The translations under genes and the position numbers were made by a program. This document shows positions 38,159-48,296 of a stretch of DNA of 64,000 bases, piece by piece. The first letter of the stretch is position 1. Each line of letters opens with the position of its first letter. The notes beneath the pieces were generated by a model, which was given only the letters and a program-made list of their open reading frames with translations, did not search any database and was not told the origin of the DNA. Source of the DNA: a virus (Duplodnaviria; Caudoviricetes); IMG/VR virus record IMGVR_UViG_3300028591_000095, positions 64,001 through 128,000 of that record; one strand, written 5' to 3'.

Positions 38159-38202
38159 ATACAGACCTCCTTCATTAATATATTACCGATGAGTTGTAAC
38201 AA

Positions 38203-38276
38203 TCTATTATTCTTACATTCCATATATACATCATTATTATGGACAATACGAGAGTATTGTTACATTATACGAAAGG
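38203..38276 (+). repeat. 74-bp early promoter/leader cassette, copy 2
   Basis: Near-identical to 3115-3188 (single T/C difference). Confidence 0.9.
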
Positions 38277-38285
38277 GGTAATGTT

Positions 38286-39005
38286 ATGAACATTACTAAC
38301 ATTTACAATGACACTGACGGAAAGGTGTGGGTCTTCAGTGATCTGCATATTCTTAAGAAAGCTTGGGACAAGCCTCGTATCGTAGAGAATACGAAAGTCC
38401 TCAAGCAGTTTAAAGTTGAAATGAAAAAGGTGAAGCATGGAGACATGGTCATCTTCCTCGGAGATTTAACTGATGACACTATCCCCAGAGCCATGCAGCT
38501 CGATCTCATCGAGCAACTCTGGGGTGGTATGAACATCCAGAAGGTGTGGGTCAGAGGAAACAACGATCTGCTTGAAGACGAACTCTATGAGCGTAACGGA
38601 TGGAAAATCTGTTACTCTGCAACTCTCGAGCTTGCGGATATGACAATCGTATTCTCTCACACATCGATTCAGATGTTACCACTCTACGACAAATACAGAT
38701 TCTACAATGTTCACGGTCATATGCACCGTGGGGATGATAGTAAAATGTATTACTACCATGATCCATACAAGTGTGTGAACGTTGCTCAGAATCTCTGTGC
38801 AACTGGTAAAATCCTGGCAATCGACGACGTTCTCAAGCTTGTTAAAAGTGAACCTTGGGAAAATGAAGATTGGTATGAGGGTCAGGAAAAGATTGGTATG
38901 AGCCTTTTCCTCAAGAACCAATCTTCAAATGAGTGTTTCAATGACTTCAAAGATATGGAAAAGATCGGTAAACCTGAAGTCAAAGAAACTTGTGAACGGA
39001 GGTGA
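38286..39005 (+). CDS. calcineurin-like metallophosphoesterase
   Basis: FSDLH, FLGD, RGNND, FSH, VHGHMH. Confidence 0.85.
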   Translation: MNITNIYNDTDGKVWVFSDLHILKKAWDKPRIVENTKVLKQFKVEMKKVKHGDMVIFLGDLTDDTIPRAMQLDLIEQLWGGMNIQKVWVRGNNDLLEDELYERNGWKICYSATLELADMTIVFSHTSIQMLPLYDKYRFYNVHGHMHRGDDSKMYYYHDPYKCVNVAQNLCATGKILAIDDVLKLVKSEPWENEDWYEGQEKIGMSLFLKNQSSNECFNDFKDMEKIGKPEVKETCERR

Positions 39006-39007
39006 AG

Positions 39008-39178
39008 ATGATGACAATGATTAAGCGAATTATCGCAGCATGTGTCGCTCTTGTAGCAGGTGTAGATGCAATCTTCAATATGCAGAAGATGTCAGACACC
39101 CGTTCAGTGAAAGCGACAATTGAAACATTCCTTGCAACAGCATTATATTGTTGCGGAATGTTAGTAACACTTGAATGA
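39008..39178 (+). CDS. 56-aa putative two-helix membrane protein
   Basis: Manual translation MMTMIKRIIAACVALVAGVDAIFN...FLATALYCCGMLVTLE; GGAGGTG RBS. Confidence 0.55.
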   Translation: MMTMIKRIIAACVALVAGVDAIFNMQKMSDTRSVKATIETFLATALYCCGMLVTLE

Positions 39179-39549
39179 AGGAGATGATAATTGTGAACCC
39201 ATTCACATTGGCAATAATGCGTACGGTTGTTACACCGTACTATTCACCACAGGCAAGCAACGATGATGATGCCGTGGCGATCTGGGCAGCCACAGCAGTT
39301 AAGTTACTTGCAGATATTAAGGATGAGAAATCCGCTTTCTCACGTCTCACAAAAGATGTTGAGAAGGATATCGTTGAGGAGTTTGTACTCGACGGACTTG
39401 AGGTTATCAAGTACATGAAAGATAGTTCAGAGTTCAGAGTCTGGTTTGAGAGCGAATCGATCAGACTTGGAATATACGACGATGTCAAGACAATGAAGAT
39501 AGAGTGTGTTAAAGCTCATATCGCACTTTCAGCGTTCTTGGCTAACTGA
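39175..39549 (+). CDS. hypothetical protein
   Basis: AAGGAG RBS (start may be GTG at 39193); terminator follows. Confidence 0.7.
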   Translation: MKEMIIVNPFTLAIMRTVVTPYYSPQASNDDDAVAIWAATAVKLLADIKDEKSAFSRLTKDVEKDIVEEFVLDGLEVIKYMKDSSEFRVWFESESIRLGIYDDVKTMKIECVKAHIALSAFLAN

Positions 39550-39564
39550 ACTGATATTAATTTT

Positions 39565-39592
39565 AAGAACCCCGATTAACACCGGGGTTCTT
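39565..39592 (+). terminator. intrinsic terminator
   Basis: AAGAACCCCG...CGGGGTTCTT then TTTCTT. Confidence 0.75.
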
Positions 39593-39616
39593 TTTCTTGT
39601 AAGGAAGTGATATAAT

Positions 39617-40150
39617 ATGTTAACAGAATCATTGAACGCGGATTCATTCAGAATAGAATGTAAGTTCCCCAAATCAATAATGACGAATTTGTTCATTCCC
39701 GCATTCAGTAAGTTTGATCATATATGGCATATCAAATACAATGATGAACCATTAACGATTATTGATGAATCGTATGATGGTGAATATATGTATCTGTATT
39801 ATTATACTGAATCAGGTGAACGTTTCGATATTGTAGACGGTGATATCATTCGTTTAGATATTGAGATATGGAATGCTCGCGGAGCTAGAAGGTTCATGGG
39901 TAAAGTAAATCTCAATGCAGATGAAATCATTTACGTATGTGAAACTTGGAAGGCTACAAGACAATCCAATGGTTACAATACATTTGAGATGGTTGAGACT
40001 GATGATGTCATTATAACTGAACTACTGAAACCTAGATGGGATATGAACATGTTCCAGAAGAAAATCAAGATGGAATCAGAACCATCAATTATCGATGTTG
40101 ACTTTGTTGAAGTCAATGAGAATCAAATTGAAATGAAAGGAAACGATTAA
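39617..40150 (+). CDS. hypothetical protein
   Basis: 177-aa ORF with RBS. Confidence 0.7.
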   Translation: MLTESLNADSFRIECKFPKSIMTNLFIPAFSKFDHIWHIKYNDEPLTIIDESYDGEYMYLYYYTESGERFDIVDGDIIRLDIEIWNARGARRFMGKVNLNADEIIYVCETWKATRQSNGYNTFEMVETDDVIITELLKPRWDMNMFQKKIKMESEPSIIDVDFVEVNENQIEMKGND

Positions 40151-40151
40151 A

Positions 40152-40478
40152 ATGAATGACAGGTTAGCATATGAACTCATCGAAGAATTACATAATGTCA
40201 ATCTGAATCTGATGGAATTAACAGATGCTATTAAAGGAAAGAATAATGTATCGGATAAACACGAACAACAACAATCAGAAGAACCAATCAATATCGATTT
40301 AGTGCGTTTATTCTCAAATGCAATATCATCATATTGTATATGCGATGGTTGTGTTAATAATAACGATGGAAAATGTTCAAAGAATATGCCATTGTATAAG
40401 AAGTGTCAGGTATGTATGTATTACATAAATGATGCTGTTTATAGACCAATATTACCAGAAGGAGTAGATCAAGTATGA
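40152..40478 (+). CDS. hypothetical Cys-rich protein
   Basis: CDGC...C...CQVC, a possible zinc site. Confidence 0.65.
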   Translation: MNDRLAYELIEELHNVNLNLMELTDAIKGKNNVSDKHEQQQSEEPINIDLVRLFSNAISSYCICDGCVNNNDGKCSKNMPLYKKCQVCMYYINDAVYRPILPEGVDQV

Positions 40479-41158
40479 AAAAGATACCAACATTATTCGA
40501 ACGTGTGTTCGAGAATCATAAAATCGTTGACATCAAACCTGAAGTAGTGCCAGAACTGGAATGGGTGTTTAAGGGTGAAGGTGATGCAACTGTTAAGATC
40601 GATGGTAGCTGTTGCTGTATCATTGATGGAAAGTTGTTCAAACGTTATGATGCCAAGAAAGGTAAACCAATTCCCAATAATGCAATCAAGTGTCAGGAAG
40701 AAGCAGATCCGGTTACAGGTCATCTTCCGTGTTGGGTTCCAGTAGATGAGAACAATCAGGGTGACAAATGGTTTATCGAAGCATATAAAACAACCACTGA
40801 AAGTGCACCAGACTCACTGTATGATGGTACATACGAAGCTATTGGAAAACATTTCAATGGCAATCCATATAACATGACAGGAGACATGCTCATCAGACAT
40901 GGATTGATCAATATCAACGTACCACGTACATTTATCGGAATCAAAGCATACCTTTTATTCACTCCGATTGAAGGAATTGTATTCTGGAAAGATGGAGAAC
41001 CCAAATGCAAAATAAAACGTTCTGACTTTGGATTCGAATGGCCGTGTGAAAATGCAACAATTAACCCTGACATGATCGGAGTCGATAAAGTTTTAGAGTC
41101 TGCGAAAAACGGAAATCCAATGATCGTCGGAGTAGATTTAAACAACAACGATGAATAA
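40475..41158 (+). CDS. RNA ligase-like nucleotidyltransferase (DUF5565/C12orf29-like)
   Basis: MKKIPTLFER, ATVKIDGSCC (KxDG motif I), GTYEAIG, IEGIVFW, KIKRSDFG. Confidence 0.75.
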   Translation: MKKIPTLFERVFENHKIVDIKPEVVPELEWVFKGEGDATVKIDGSCCCIIDGKLFKRYDAKKGKPIPNNAIKCQEEADPVTGHLPCWVPVDENNQGDKWFIEAYKTTTESAPDSLYDGTYEAIGKHFNGNPYNMTGDMLIRHGLININVPRTFIGIKAYLLFTPIEGIVFWKDGEPKCKIKRSDFGFEWPCENATINPDMIGVDKVLESAKNGNPMIVGVDLNNNDE

Positions 41159-41204
41159 ATTAATACCCTGGGATAATTCATTCCTTTCTGTATTATAGAT
41201 TATT

Positions 41205-41230
41205 ATAGGTGGGACTTGTGTCCCACCTAT
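41205..41230. terminator. bidirectional terminator
   Basis: ATAGGTGGGAC-TTGT-GTCCCACCTAT. Confidence 0.75.
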
Positions 41231-41246
41231 TCGTGGTTATTATTTA

Positions 41247-42452
41247 TTATTCACCAACTTTAACGAGCTTTCCAGCATCAATATCAATAACCATTGACTC
41301 AGCTACAGTCTCTGCAGTGTTATCAGAAACGAAATCAACACTGGCTTGATACAGAACACCCACTTCAGCATACAAAAGTTGACCCTTAATATACTGAGTA
41401 TTCTGATGGTATTCAACAACATCATATGCTTTATTCTCAAGCAATGCAACACGTTCCTCGAGTTCGAAGTTCTTAGCACGGAGTTCATCAACTTCCTGAG
41501 TGAGAGTTTCAACAGTTGTAAGAAGTTCGTCAACGATAGCATCGATTGGTCTATTGAGACACTGATAGATTGGATATGTGTTATATACCCATGGCATATC
41601 ACCAACGAATGCAGTGAAACTGAATCTGATTCTTGTACTCATATTAGCCTGGAACTGAGTTGTCCAACCAATCTCAGTAGTACAATAGATTGTCTCAGTA
41701 GACTCAGCAGCTTCAACAGTTTCATGTTCGATGTTGATCTTTGTTCTCTCTTCATTGAATGCATAATAAGGATTGAGTTCCTCATCATTATGTACAGTAT
41801 CAACATACATCGACAGAGTATCAAGTCTTAATGTATACACACCTTGGAATGTGAGTGATGGTATATCACCGATCATCATTCCCATGTAAGAATTAACAAA
41901 GTAATCCTTCAGATCTGTGTAATGCATTGCTGAGTTCTTTACAAAGCAATCCACATGAGATTGATAAACATTTCCGCCGTTCGTATCAAATACAGTATAC
42001 TCAAGACGGAATCTGACAGTCTGTTTTACGAGTGGAAGTTTACCTTTGAGCTCTTTGTATTGAGCTGATATCATATCACAAAGATTACCAAACCACAATG
42101 TGTTCGATATATTATCATGAGTCATATCAACGGTTGCAGCAAGATTGAGACACGACAGATCTTTGGTTCTGGATACTCGTGTATAGATACTTTCAGCGGC
42201 TTTAAGTTTTGCACCATATACCATATCAGTATTATCGATGAGATATGGTTTTTGGTTTATGATTCTGAATGCGTTATATGGCATATGACCATTTACTGGA
42301 ACACCTTCTTTACCGACAACATCTTGTGCTGTTACAAGTGATCCAGGATTACAACTACCGCATTGACCGCATCCGACAGCATATGGATAACAACTGGGAT
42401 AATATCCAGGAACACCATATACAACTCCGATAGGTTTATTAGTAAGATTCAT
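41247..42452 (-). CDS. putative virion/tail-associated protein with coiled coil and C-terminal CBM5/12-like module
   Basis: Beta-rich body, heptad LLTTVETLTQEVDELRAKNFELEERVALLE, then EYHQNTQYIKGQLLYAEVGVLYQASVDF. Confidence 0.5.
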   Translation of the reverse strand: MNLTNKPIGVVYGVPGYYPSCYPYAVGCGQCGSCNPGSLVTAQDVVGKEGVPVNGHMPYNAFRIINQKPYLIDNTDMVYGAKLKAAESIYTRVSRTKDLSCLNLAATVDMTHDNISNTLWFGNLCDMISAQYKELKGKLPLVKQTVRFRLEYTVFDTNGGNVYQSHVDCFVKNSAMHYTDLKDYFVNSYMGMMIGDIPSLTFQGVYTLRLDTLSMYVDTVHNDEELNPYYAFNEERTKINIEHETVEAAESTETIYCTTEIGWTTQFQANMSTRIRFSFTAFVGDMPWVYNTYPIYQCLNRPIDAIVDELLTTVETLTQEVDELRAKNFELEERVALLENKAYDVVEYHQNTQYIKGQLLYAEVGVLYQASVDFVSDNTAETVAESMVIDIDAGKLVKVGE

Positions 42453-42473
42453 ATATTACACTCCTTTTTTATT

Positions 42474-42857
42474 TTAATGATCTTCAGGTTTCGTCGGAAG
42501 GTCCATCACTTCTTCATGGAACGAATCCATTACACCGTTTTTGCCCAGCGTATGATACTGATTATACAGATTATCAAAGTTATCTTTGACATGTAAAGGA
42601 ATCTCATTCTTCGGACAATATTCATCATGGATCTCTATCAGTCGATCTCTCAGGAGCGCCTGTACCCCGCGTTCTAAAGCTTCTTGATGTTTCACATCTT
42701 CAGCATGAAGTTCTCGAGCGGCTTGCTCACTAGCAACCCTTCTTTCATCTGATTCATTGATTCTGTTAGTAAGATACTTCATTACAGCTGCAAGAAGACC
42801 TGATGATATCAATAACGATATTACCGATGTAATAATTCCTGTCGTTGTTTCGTCCAT
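42474..42857 (-). CDS. single-TM holin-like phage protein
   Basis: N-terminal TM; GVQALLRDRL...NLYNQYHTLGKNGVMD motif common in Firmicutes phage lysis modules; late promoter AACC-GATTCA-TAA at 42915-42927. Confidence 0.6.
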   Translation of the reverse strand: MDETTTGIITSVISLLISSGLLAAVMKYLTNRINESDERRVASEQAARELHAEDVKHQEALERGVQALLRDRLIEIHDEYCPKNEIPLHVKDNFDNLYNQYHTLGKNGVMDSFHEEVMDLPTKPEDH

Positions 42858-42952
42858 ACTAAACCCTCACTTTCTGAAATATAATGGTATGTCGATGAAC
42901 AATAAAAGTTCACCTTATGAATCGGTTTAATCTCATAGAATATCAAGATTCC

Positions 42953-42972
42953 ATATATATATTATTAATATG
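42953..42972 (+). promoter_or_regulatory. putative early promoter
   Basis: ATTCC-ATATATATATTATT-AAT-ATG. Confidence 0.7.
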
Positions 42973-43077
42973 AAGAAAGAGTAGAAATACTCTTACTTCG
43001 GTACACATATTCAATATATTACTAGGGGTCTAGTCAACCCCCACTCTTCGGAGTGTGATCTTTTAAGGAGGATCATT

Positions 43078-43455
43078 ATGACAATTAACTTTACAAACAT
43101 GGCTCAGCTTCAGGAATTTTTAAGAGCATTGACTTCTGTTTTTGAAACCGCCTACGGTTTTAAGAATGTTACAGCTAATCCGATGATGATGAACGCATAC
43201 GGTGATATTATCGTTGGATGGAGAATTGACAACATGAAAATTTCTGAGATCGAGGTAAAGATCGAATCAGATTTCTGGGTGTCATTCAAGTTCATGAACG
43301 GCAACGATGTTGTATTCGAGTTCGACGGAAAAGCAACTCTGGAAAGCTTCATTAACTGTAACGATCTGACACTTGCCAAGAAGTACGGAAAAGTTGAAGG
43401 TTTAGAAAAGCTTCAGTATCAGGCAATAATGGAAATCATAAATGATTGGTGCTAA
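43078..43455 (+). CDS. hypothetical early protein
   Basis: AAGGAGG RBS. Confidence 0.75.
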   Translation: MTINFTNMAQLQEFLRALTSVFETAYGFKNVTANPMMMNAYGDIIVGWRIDNMKISEIEVKIESDFWVSFKFMNGNDVVFEFDGKATLESFINCNDLTLAKKYGKVEGLEKLQYQAIMEIINDWC

Positions 43456-43473
43456 TTAGAAAGGAGAATCTTT

Positions 43474-43836
43474 ATGGAGAAGAATTTCAAAGTAAACCCA
43501 ACAACTGAAATACTTAAAAATATTAAAAAGGGTTGGCAGAAACTTATGTGGGATACATCACTGGTAGACAGTTATATGGAAATAGTCATAGATGTAGCTG
43601 TTACATATACTTGGGTACTTCCGAATGACATCTATGACTCAATTCAGCTTATCATCAACGACGATACAGCAAAAATAATAATCAATAACGTGAAAACCAA
43701 TGAGTTCATTGAATTCGAGAACATATCCGACTTTGACAGATACTGTTGGGAATCAGACAGAATAATGTCAAAATATGAAAGTGAACGCTTAGAAGCTATA
43801 AAGAATTGGGCGGCAGAAAACTTAGTATCTGAATAA
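43474..43836 (+). CDS. hypothetical early protein
   Basis: AAGGAG RBS. Confidence 0.75.
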   Translation: MEKNFKVNPTTEILKNIKKGWQKLMWDTSLVDSYMEIVIDVAVTYTWVLPNDIYDSIQLIINDDTAKIIINNVKTNEFIEFENISDFDRYCWESDRIMSKYESERLEAIKNWAAENLVSE

Positions 43837-43896
43837 TGTCACAGCTCCTGACGAGGAGGGTAAATATACAATGCTCGGCAAGTGCTCAAACGATTT

Positions 43897-43925
43897 AAAG
43901 AAGCTCCCGTAATGGGAGCTTCTTT
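43897..43925. terminator. bidirectional terminator
   Basis: AAAGAAGCTCCC-GTAAT-GGGAGCTTCTTT then TTT. Confidence 0.8.
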
Positions 43926-43933
43926 TTTCTTGT

Positions 43934-46900
43934 TTAACCGTTCCATATTCCACGTATTCGTTCTTTCAATTCCTTCAATACTTTATTACCAGCAGCAACA
44001 ATCATTACCGATGGAATCATACGTCCGAGAATTGAACCTGATGAAACGAACATACTGATTTCTTCATCAGGTTTAGTTTCTGAATATGGCTCCAATCCTT
44101 CAGGAATCATCTCAGAAATAACCTGTTTCGATGCAGCATAACATACACACTTATCACCAACAGATGTTGAGTTAGCGTGATCAATGTACACTTCAATCAA
44201 TACATCAGTTGTTATACTCTTGATACTAGAACCTTTCAATGGTTCCGTCGGGAGTGAGAATAAAGTATTCATCTTATAAACAGAATTCGTTTTATCATGC
44301 TTATCAAGAATTCTTCTTTTCTTTTTATTCTCATTGAAGTAATTGCTGACGATCTGATACAATGATGGTGAGAGTTTATCAAGTGATTTGATTGTATAGA
44401 TTCGTACATCAACAACCTTACCAGAATGCTTTGCTTTCTTTATACGCTTTGCATTATCGATAAGATTTTGTTGTGTTCCATCCTTAGTCTGGAATGCTTT
44501 CAGGAAGTTGTTTACATTCTTATCGCCAGTATCACCGATACCGAATACTACAAGTGGATCACCAACTTCTACTTCATCACCAACCTTAACGATTGATTCG
44601 ATTTCAGCATCAGCGTCTATCTTGATATCCTGCATCATAATAACATGTGATGTCATTCGTTTACTCATCTTCTCAGTCATAACACCGGCGTCTTCATATG
44701 TTGCATATGTTCCCATGAATGCAACCTTTGCAACCGGACCGAGATTTGCACGAACAACACCGTCGATTCCTTTGGTAAAGAATTTGTTATGATATGCAAG
44801 AATGTCATTCTGTTTGAATTTATCATTTACATTCAGATCTGTAATGAGTTTATTGTCTACGTAGAAACCGCTACCCGAATTGAATGAGAATCTATCTGAC
44901 AATGGAACTGCTTCCTTTTCACCAGACTTATACTGTACGATCATATACTGATCATCTTTATCGATGACTGTTCCATCTTCCTTTGCCATTACAGTAAATT
45001 CATCTGTAAGTGAAGCTGGGAGTATCTCATCCAAACCGTTAGAGATCATAACAGGTTCAGCATCATCTGTTGCAATGATATGAGATGACTGTGATGTAGC
45101 AATAGCAGTACGGATAGCATCGTCTCGAGTAGCAGTTGCAGGAGTAATCAATTCTGAATATGACGATAAATCCATATCAGTCATTTTATTGATGTCTGCA
45201 TCAGCTGTTGTATAACCACGAACTGAATCGATCTTTGGATTTATAGTAAGCTGTCTGTTGATACCAATGTTACCATTATTAGGAGAACTCATTGCAAGCT
45301 TACCGATCATACTTGGATCGTATGCACGCTTTATCAACTTATACGCTCTATCGTTATTGACACCCTTGAATCCTTTCTTTGTGATGCCTTCTTTTGCATG
45401 AAGTTCAACAAATGGATTCAATGCAGATGCTGGTTCTACATTAGGAACATTCAAGAGTTCATTGATTACTTCATTTGGGTTGAACTGAAGTGGGTTACCA
45501 CGAACCTTTGAACCCATGTTGTTATTATAACGAGAGATTGCAAATGCCAATCTGTAATGGATAATTGCAGGGATGATTTCAGATGAACGAACTCGATACA
45601 ATGTAGAGTTCGTTTCTCCACCACAGTTATTATCAGCTAACAGCTGTGATGCATACAGCAGCATACCAACGATATCGTTCGGTAAATTATAATGCAAACA
45701 CACATCAGATGTGATGACATCGACAAAGAATTGATAGTATGTGATGAATGTTGTGAGCTGTGAATACTGTTTAAAGAATAATTGGTTGAATATATCTACA
45801 TAGATAGAATTGGAATTCATTATTGGAGTTTCAAAATCACTGGCATTGTATGCTCTGGTATTGATTCTGTAGAAGCCGTTGAATAGCAGCTGGTTCGGAA
45901 TTGTATTTGGTATTGCAAGTGCTTTATCCTTGAATCTAATAATGAAATACTTTGGATCCGAATATCTCAAATCAACAAACTGATACTTGATTCCAGCTTT
46001 CTGAAGAACTTGTGTGAGTCCTTCCCATGCACATACGGCAAGACCAATAGGAACCTTGATAGCATCGAGTTTACATTCTGAATACATTGAGAGTTTACCT
46101 GGTTTGCTACCACGATATACACGCTGTATCTCAGGTGGTAATGTATTGACGATAGTCTCAGTCAATGTGATACCGCTTCTTGTCATACCAGTTTCTGTAT
46201 TGATAACGATTGGAACTTTGTTGATCATTCCACAACAGAATTCATCTTCCTTAACACTAACGAAGGTGTATCGTTTTGCACATTCAGGTCTATTGAAGAA
46301 AATCTCACAGTTAGCTTTTTTATTGATGAAACTGAACCATTGCTTTGCATATTCATCATATTCGATTGTCGATATGAATGGACGGTTTGATGATACCGAG
46401 CTACCCGGTTTGATATATTCAGTTTTATTCTTCATAACCTTTATCAACAATCCAACGTCTACAAGTGATTTAGTATCATATCTGGATACTGTAATCTTAT
46501 TGTAGTTTGATGTAAGCATTACAGTCTTAGCATCAAGCTTGAGAATCGGAATTGGGAATTCCTGTTTTCCGATATTGTACCAGATACCATTAAGATAGAA
46601 TCTACCATTCTTTACAACAGGAACTCTGATATTGATATTGGATGTTCTGTCAGTAGTACGACTCTTGAGTGTGACTCTCCAGTTATGTACCAATGATACA
46701 GAGTCTGATACATCTGTAACCTTTACATCCGTAACATAGAATCCATCTGGAAGAGTTGAAAGTTTCATGAACGTTGATACAATATCACGGTCCATGAGTT
46801 TGGTTTCATATTCACGTTCAACGTTTGCAAAGCTTGAACCTTTACGAGCACCTGTATTCAAGGTTGTAATGTTATTAGGTACAATAGGTTTTGGTAATGG

Positions 46901-48220
46901 TGTATCTGTAATAGATGTGATTGTATTGAATGAAACATTGTTGAGTTTTATCTTTCCGAGATTCTCTCTGATCTTGAGTTCTCTTGCAGAAGTAATTGTC
47001 TTGGTTGTACTTGCAGTATCAACAGCTTCAACATTCTTCGCAAGTCTCTTAGCAGTATCATTGTTGATCTTCTTCTCGATAGAGTTATTCTCATCAGTGT
47101 TTAATTCCTTGGCAATCTTTCCATAATTATTAATTACATCGGTTGCAGGATTGATACGATTCAAAAGCTTCGCATTGATATTCATTGCTTTAGCTTTATA
47201 GACATCATTCTTATCAAGATTAGGATTCTCTGCAGGAGCTCCTTCACCATACTTGGCTTTGAGTTGATTGATTGTTGCAGATACAGATGATACAGCATCA
47301 GTGTTTACAGCTTGAAGATTCTTGATTTCTTCGGTTTCAGTCTCAGCTGTTTTCACATCAACTTCTTCACTGTCTTCGACATCAGGTTCAGCAAGTTTAT
47401 CCAACTTCTCAGCAATTGTTTCCTGATCAGGATTATCGAAATCATCGATACTTTCACCAGCTTCTTCATCAGTTGTAGCAGTCATCTCAAGAGGAATACC
47501 AACTTCTGAAAGGAACTTTCTCAATCTCATAGCATCGTTTCTTGGATTGTACTGTTGGAGATCAAGTTTGTAATCTGCTTTTGGTGAACGGAATACAATT
47601 GTAAGTTTCAGACGTTTGATCATGTTTTCATTATTGAATAACAATGCAGTCAACAAACCATTCAACAGATCAGAATTGTATGTGTTAACACTAAGCTGAT
47701 TGTACAGTTTGTATCTGGATGTATCAACAATGAGAACCTTTTCATTTGAGAACTTGTAATAGTTCAAAGTATGCATAAACAAATCGAATATCTGTTCTTG
47801 AACAACCCTCTTTGGAAGAGTTCTCAATACCATAGATACTTGTTTGAATATGTCACTCATCGGTATGTACAGATTTGATTTGAGTGTTTTCGGATATGGG
47901 AATCTGATGACTTCCAGTTTAGGCAACAACCTTTGGTCGTTGATGTACTTCATTTTATTAGCAATATCAGTCTGTGTCAGTTGATATCTAATCGGACGAA
48001 TACCACATATCTTATCGAATATACGATATGGCATTACAAGCATATGATAATTGACCTTTGGTGCTGGAAGCATCTTGATGATACGAATATCATATTCAAA
48101 TGAATCACTCAACAGATATACTGATACATCTTCTTTACGTTCTGGAAGACGTAAGAACATTCTTGCTGGTATCAAGTTAGACACACTGGACAAAGCCACT
48201 GCTTCTTGATATATATTCAT
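43934..48220 (-). CDS. RNA polymerase beta subunit, large N-terminal part (virion RNAP, phiKZ gp178-like)
   Basis: DPSMIGKLAMSSPNNGNIG, RDDAIRTAIATSQSSH, YEDAGVM, VGDKCVCYAASKQVIS, ISMFVSSGSILGRM match RpoB conserved blocks; ends where the 8268-9011 fragment takes over. Confidence 0.9.
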   Translation of the reverse strand: MNIYQEAVALSSVSNLIPARMFLRLPERKEDVSVYLLSDSFEYDIRIIKMLPAPKVNYHMLVMPYRIFDKICGIRPIRYQLTQTDIANKMKYINDQRLLPKLEVIRFPYPKTLKSNLYIPMSDIFKQVSMVLRTLPKRVVQEQIFDLFMHTLNYYKFSNEKVLIVDTSRYKLYNQLSVNTYNSDLLNGLLTALLFNNENMIKRLKLTIVFRSPKADYKLDLQQYNPRNDAMRLRKFLSEVGIPLEMTATTDEEAGESIDDFDNPDQETIAEKLDKLAEPDVEDSEEVDVKTAETETEEIKNLQAVNTDAVSSVSATINQLKAKYGEGAPAENPNLDKNDVYKAKAMNINAKLLNRINPATDVINNYGKIAKELNTDENNSIEKKINNDTAKRLAKNVEAVDTASTTKTITSARELKIRENLGKIKLNNVSFNTITSITDTPLPKPIVPNNITTLNTGARKGSSFANVEREYETKLMDRDIVSTFMKLSTLPDGFYVTDVKVTDVSDSVSLVHNWRVTLKSRTTDRTSNINIRVPVVKNGRFYLNGIWYNIGKQEFPIPILKLDAKTVMLTSNYNKITVSRYDTKSLVDVGLLIKVMKNKTEYIKPGSSVSSNRPFISTIEYDEYAKQWFSFINKKANCEIFFNRPECAKRYTFVSVKEDEFCCGMINKVPIVINTETGMTRSGITLTETIVNTLPPEIQRVYRGSKPGKLSMYSECKLDAIKVPIGLAVCAWEGLTQVLQKAGIKYQFVDLRYSDPKYFIIRFKDKALAIPNTIPNQLLFNGFYRINTRAYNASDFETPIMNSNSIYVDIFNQLFFKQYSQLTTFITYYQFFVDVITSDVCLHYNLPNDIVGMLLYASQLLADNNCGGETNSTLYRVRSSEIIPAIIHYRLAFAISRYNNNMGSKVRGNPLQFNPNEVINELLNVPNVEPASALNPFVELHAKEGITKKGFKGVNNDRAYKLIKRAYDPSMIGKLAMSSPNNGNIGINRQLTINPKIDSVRGYTTADADINKMTDMDLSSYSELITPATATRDDAIRTAIATSQSSHIIATDDAEPVMISNGLDEILPASLTDEFTVMAKEDGTVIDKDDQYMIVQYKSGEKEAVPLSDRFSFNSGSGFYVDNKLITDLNVNDKFKQNDILAYHNKFFTKGIDGVVRANLGPVAKVAFMGTYATYEDAGVMTEKMSKRMTSHVIMMQDIKIDADAEIESIVKVGDEVEVGDPLVVFGIGDTGDKNVNNFLKAFQTKDGTQQNLIDNAKRIKKAKHSGKVVDVRIYTIKSLDKLSPSLYQIVSNYFNENKKKRRILDKHDKTNSVYKMNTLFSLPTEPLKGSSIKSITTDVLIEVYIDHANSTSVGDKCVCYAASKQVISEMIPEGLEPYSETKPDEEISMFVSSGSILGRMIPSVMIVAAGNKVLKELKERIRGIWNG

Positions 48221-48296
48221 TTATCTTACCTCACTTTCAATTAATTGAAACATGTCGTTTCGATTATTAATTTGTCGATGAGAGGAGGAATAAACA

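Noticed and set aside
43836-43896. CTGACGA-containing segment resembling a hammerhead ribozyme core
   Set aside because: The required GAAA after stem II is missing (CTCAAAC) and stem I would overlap the CUGA core
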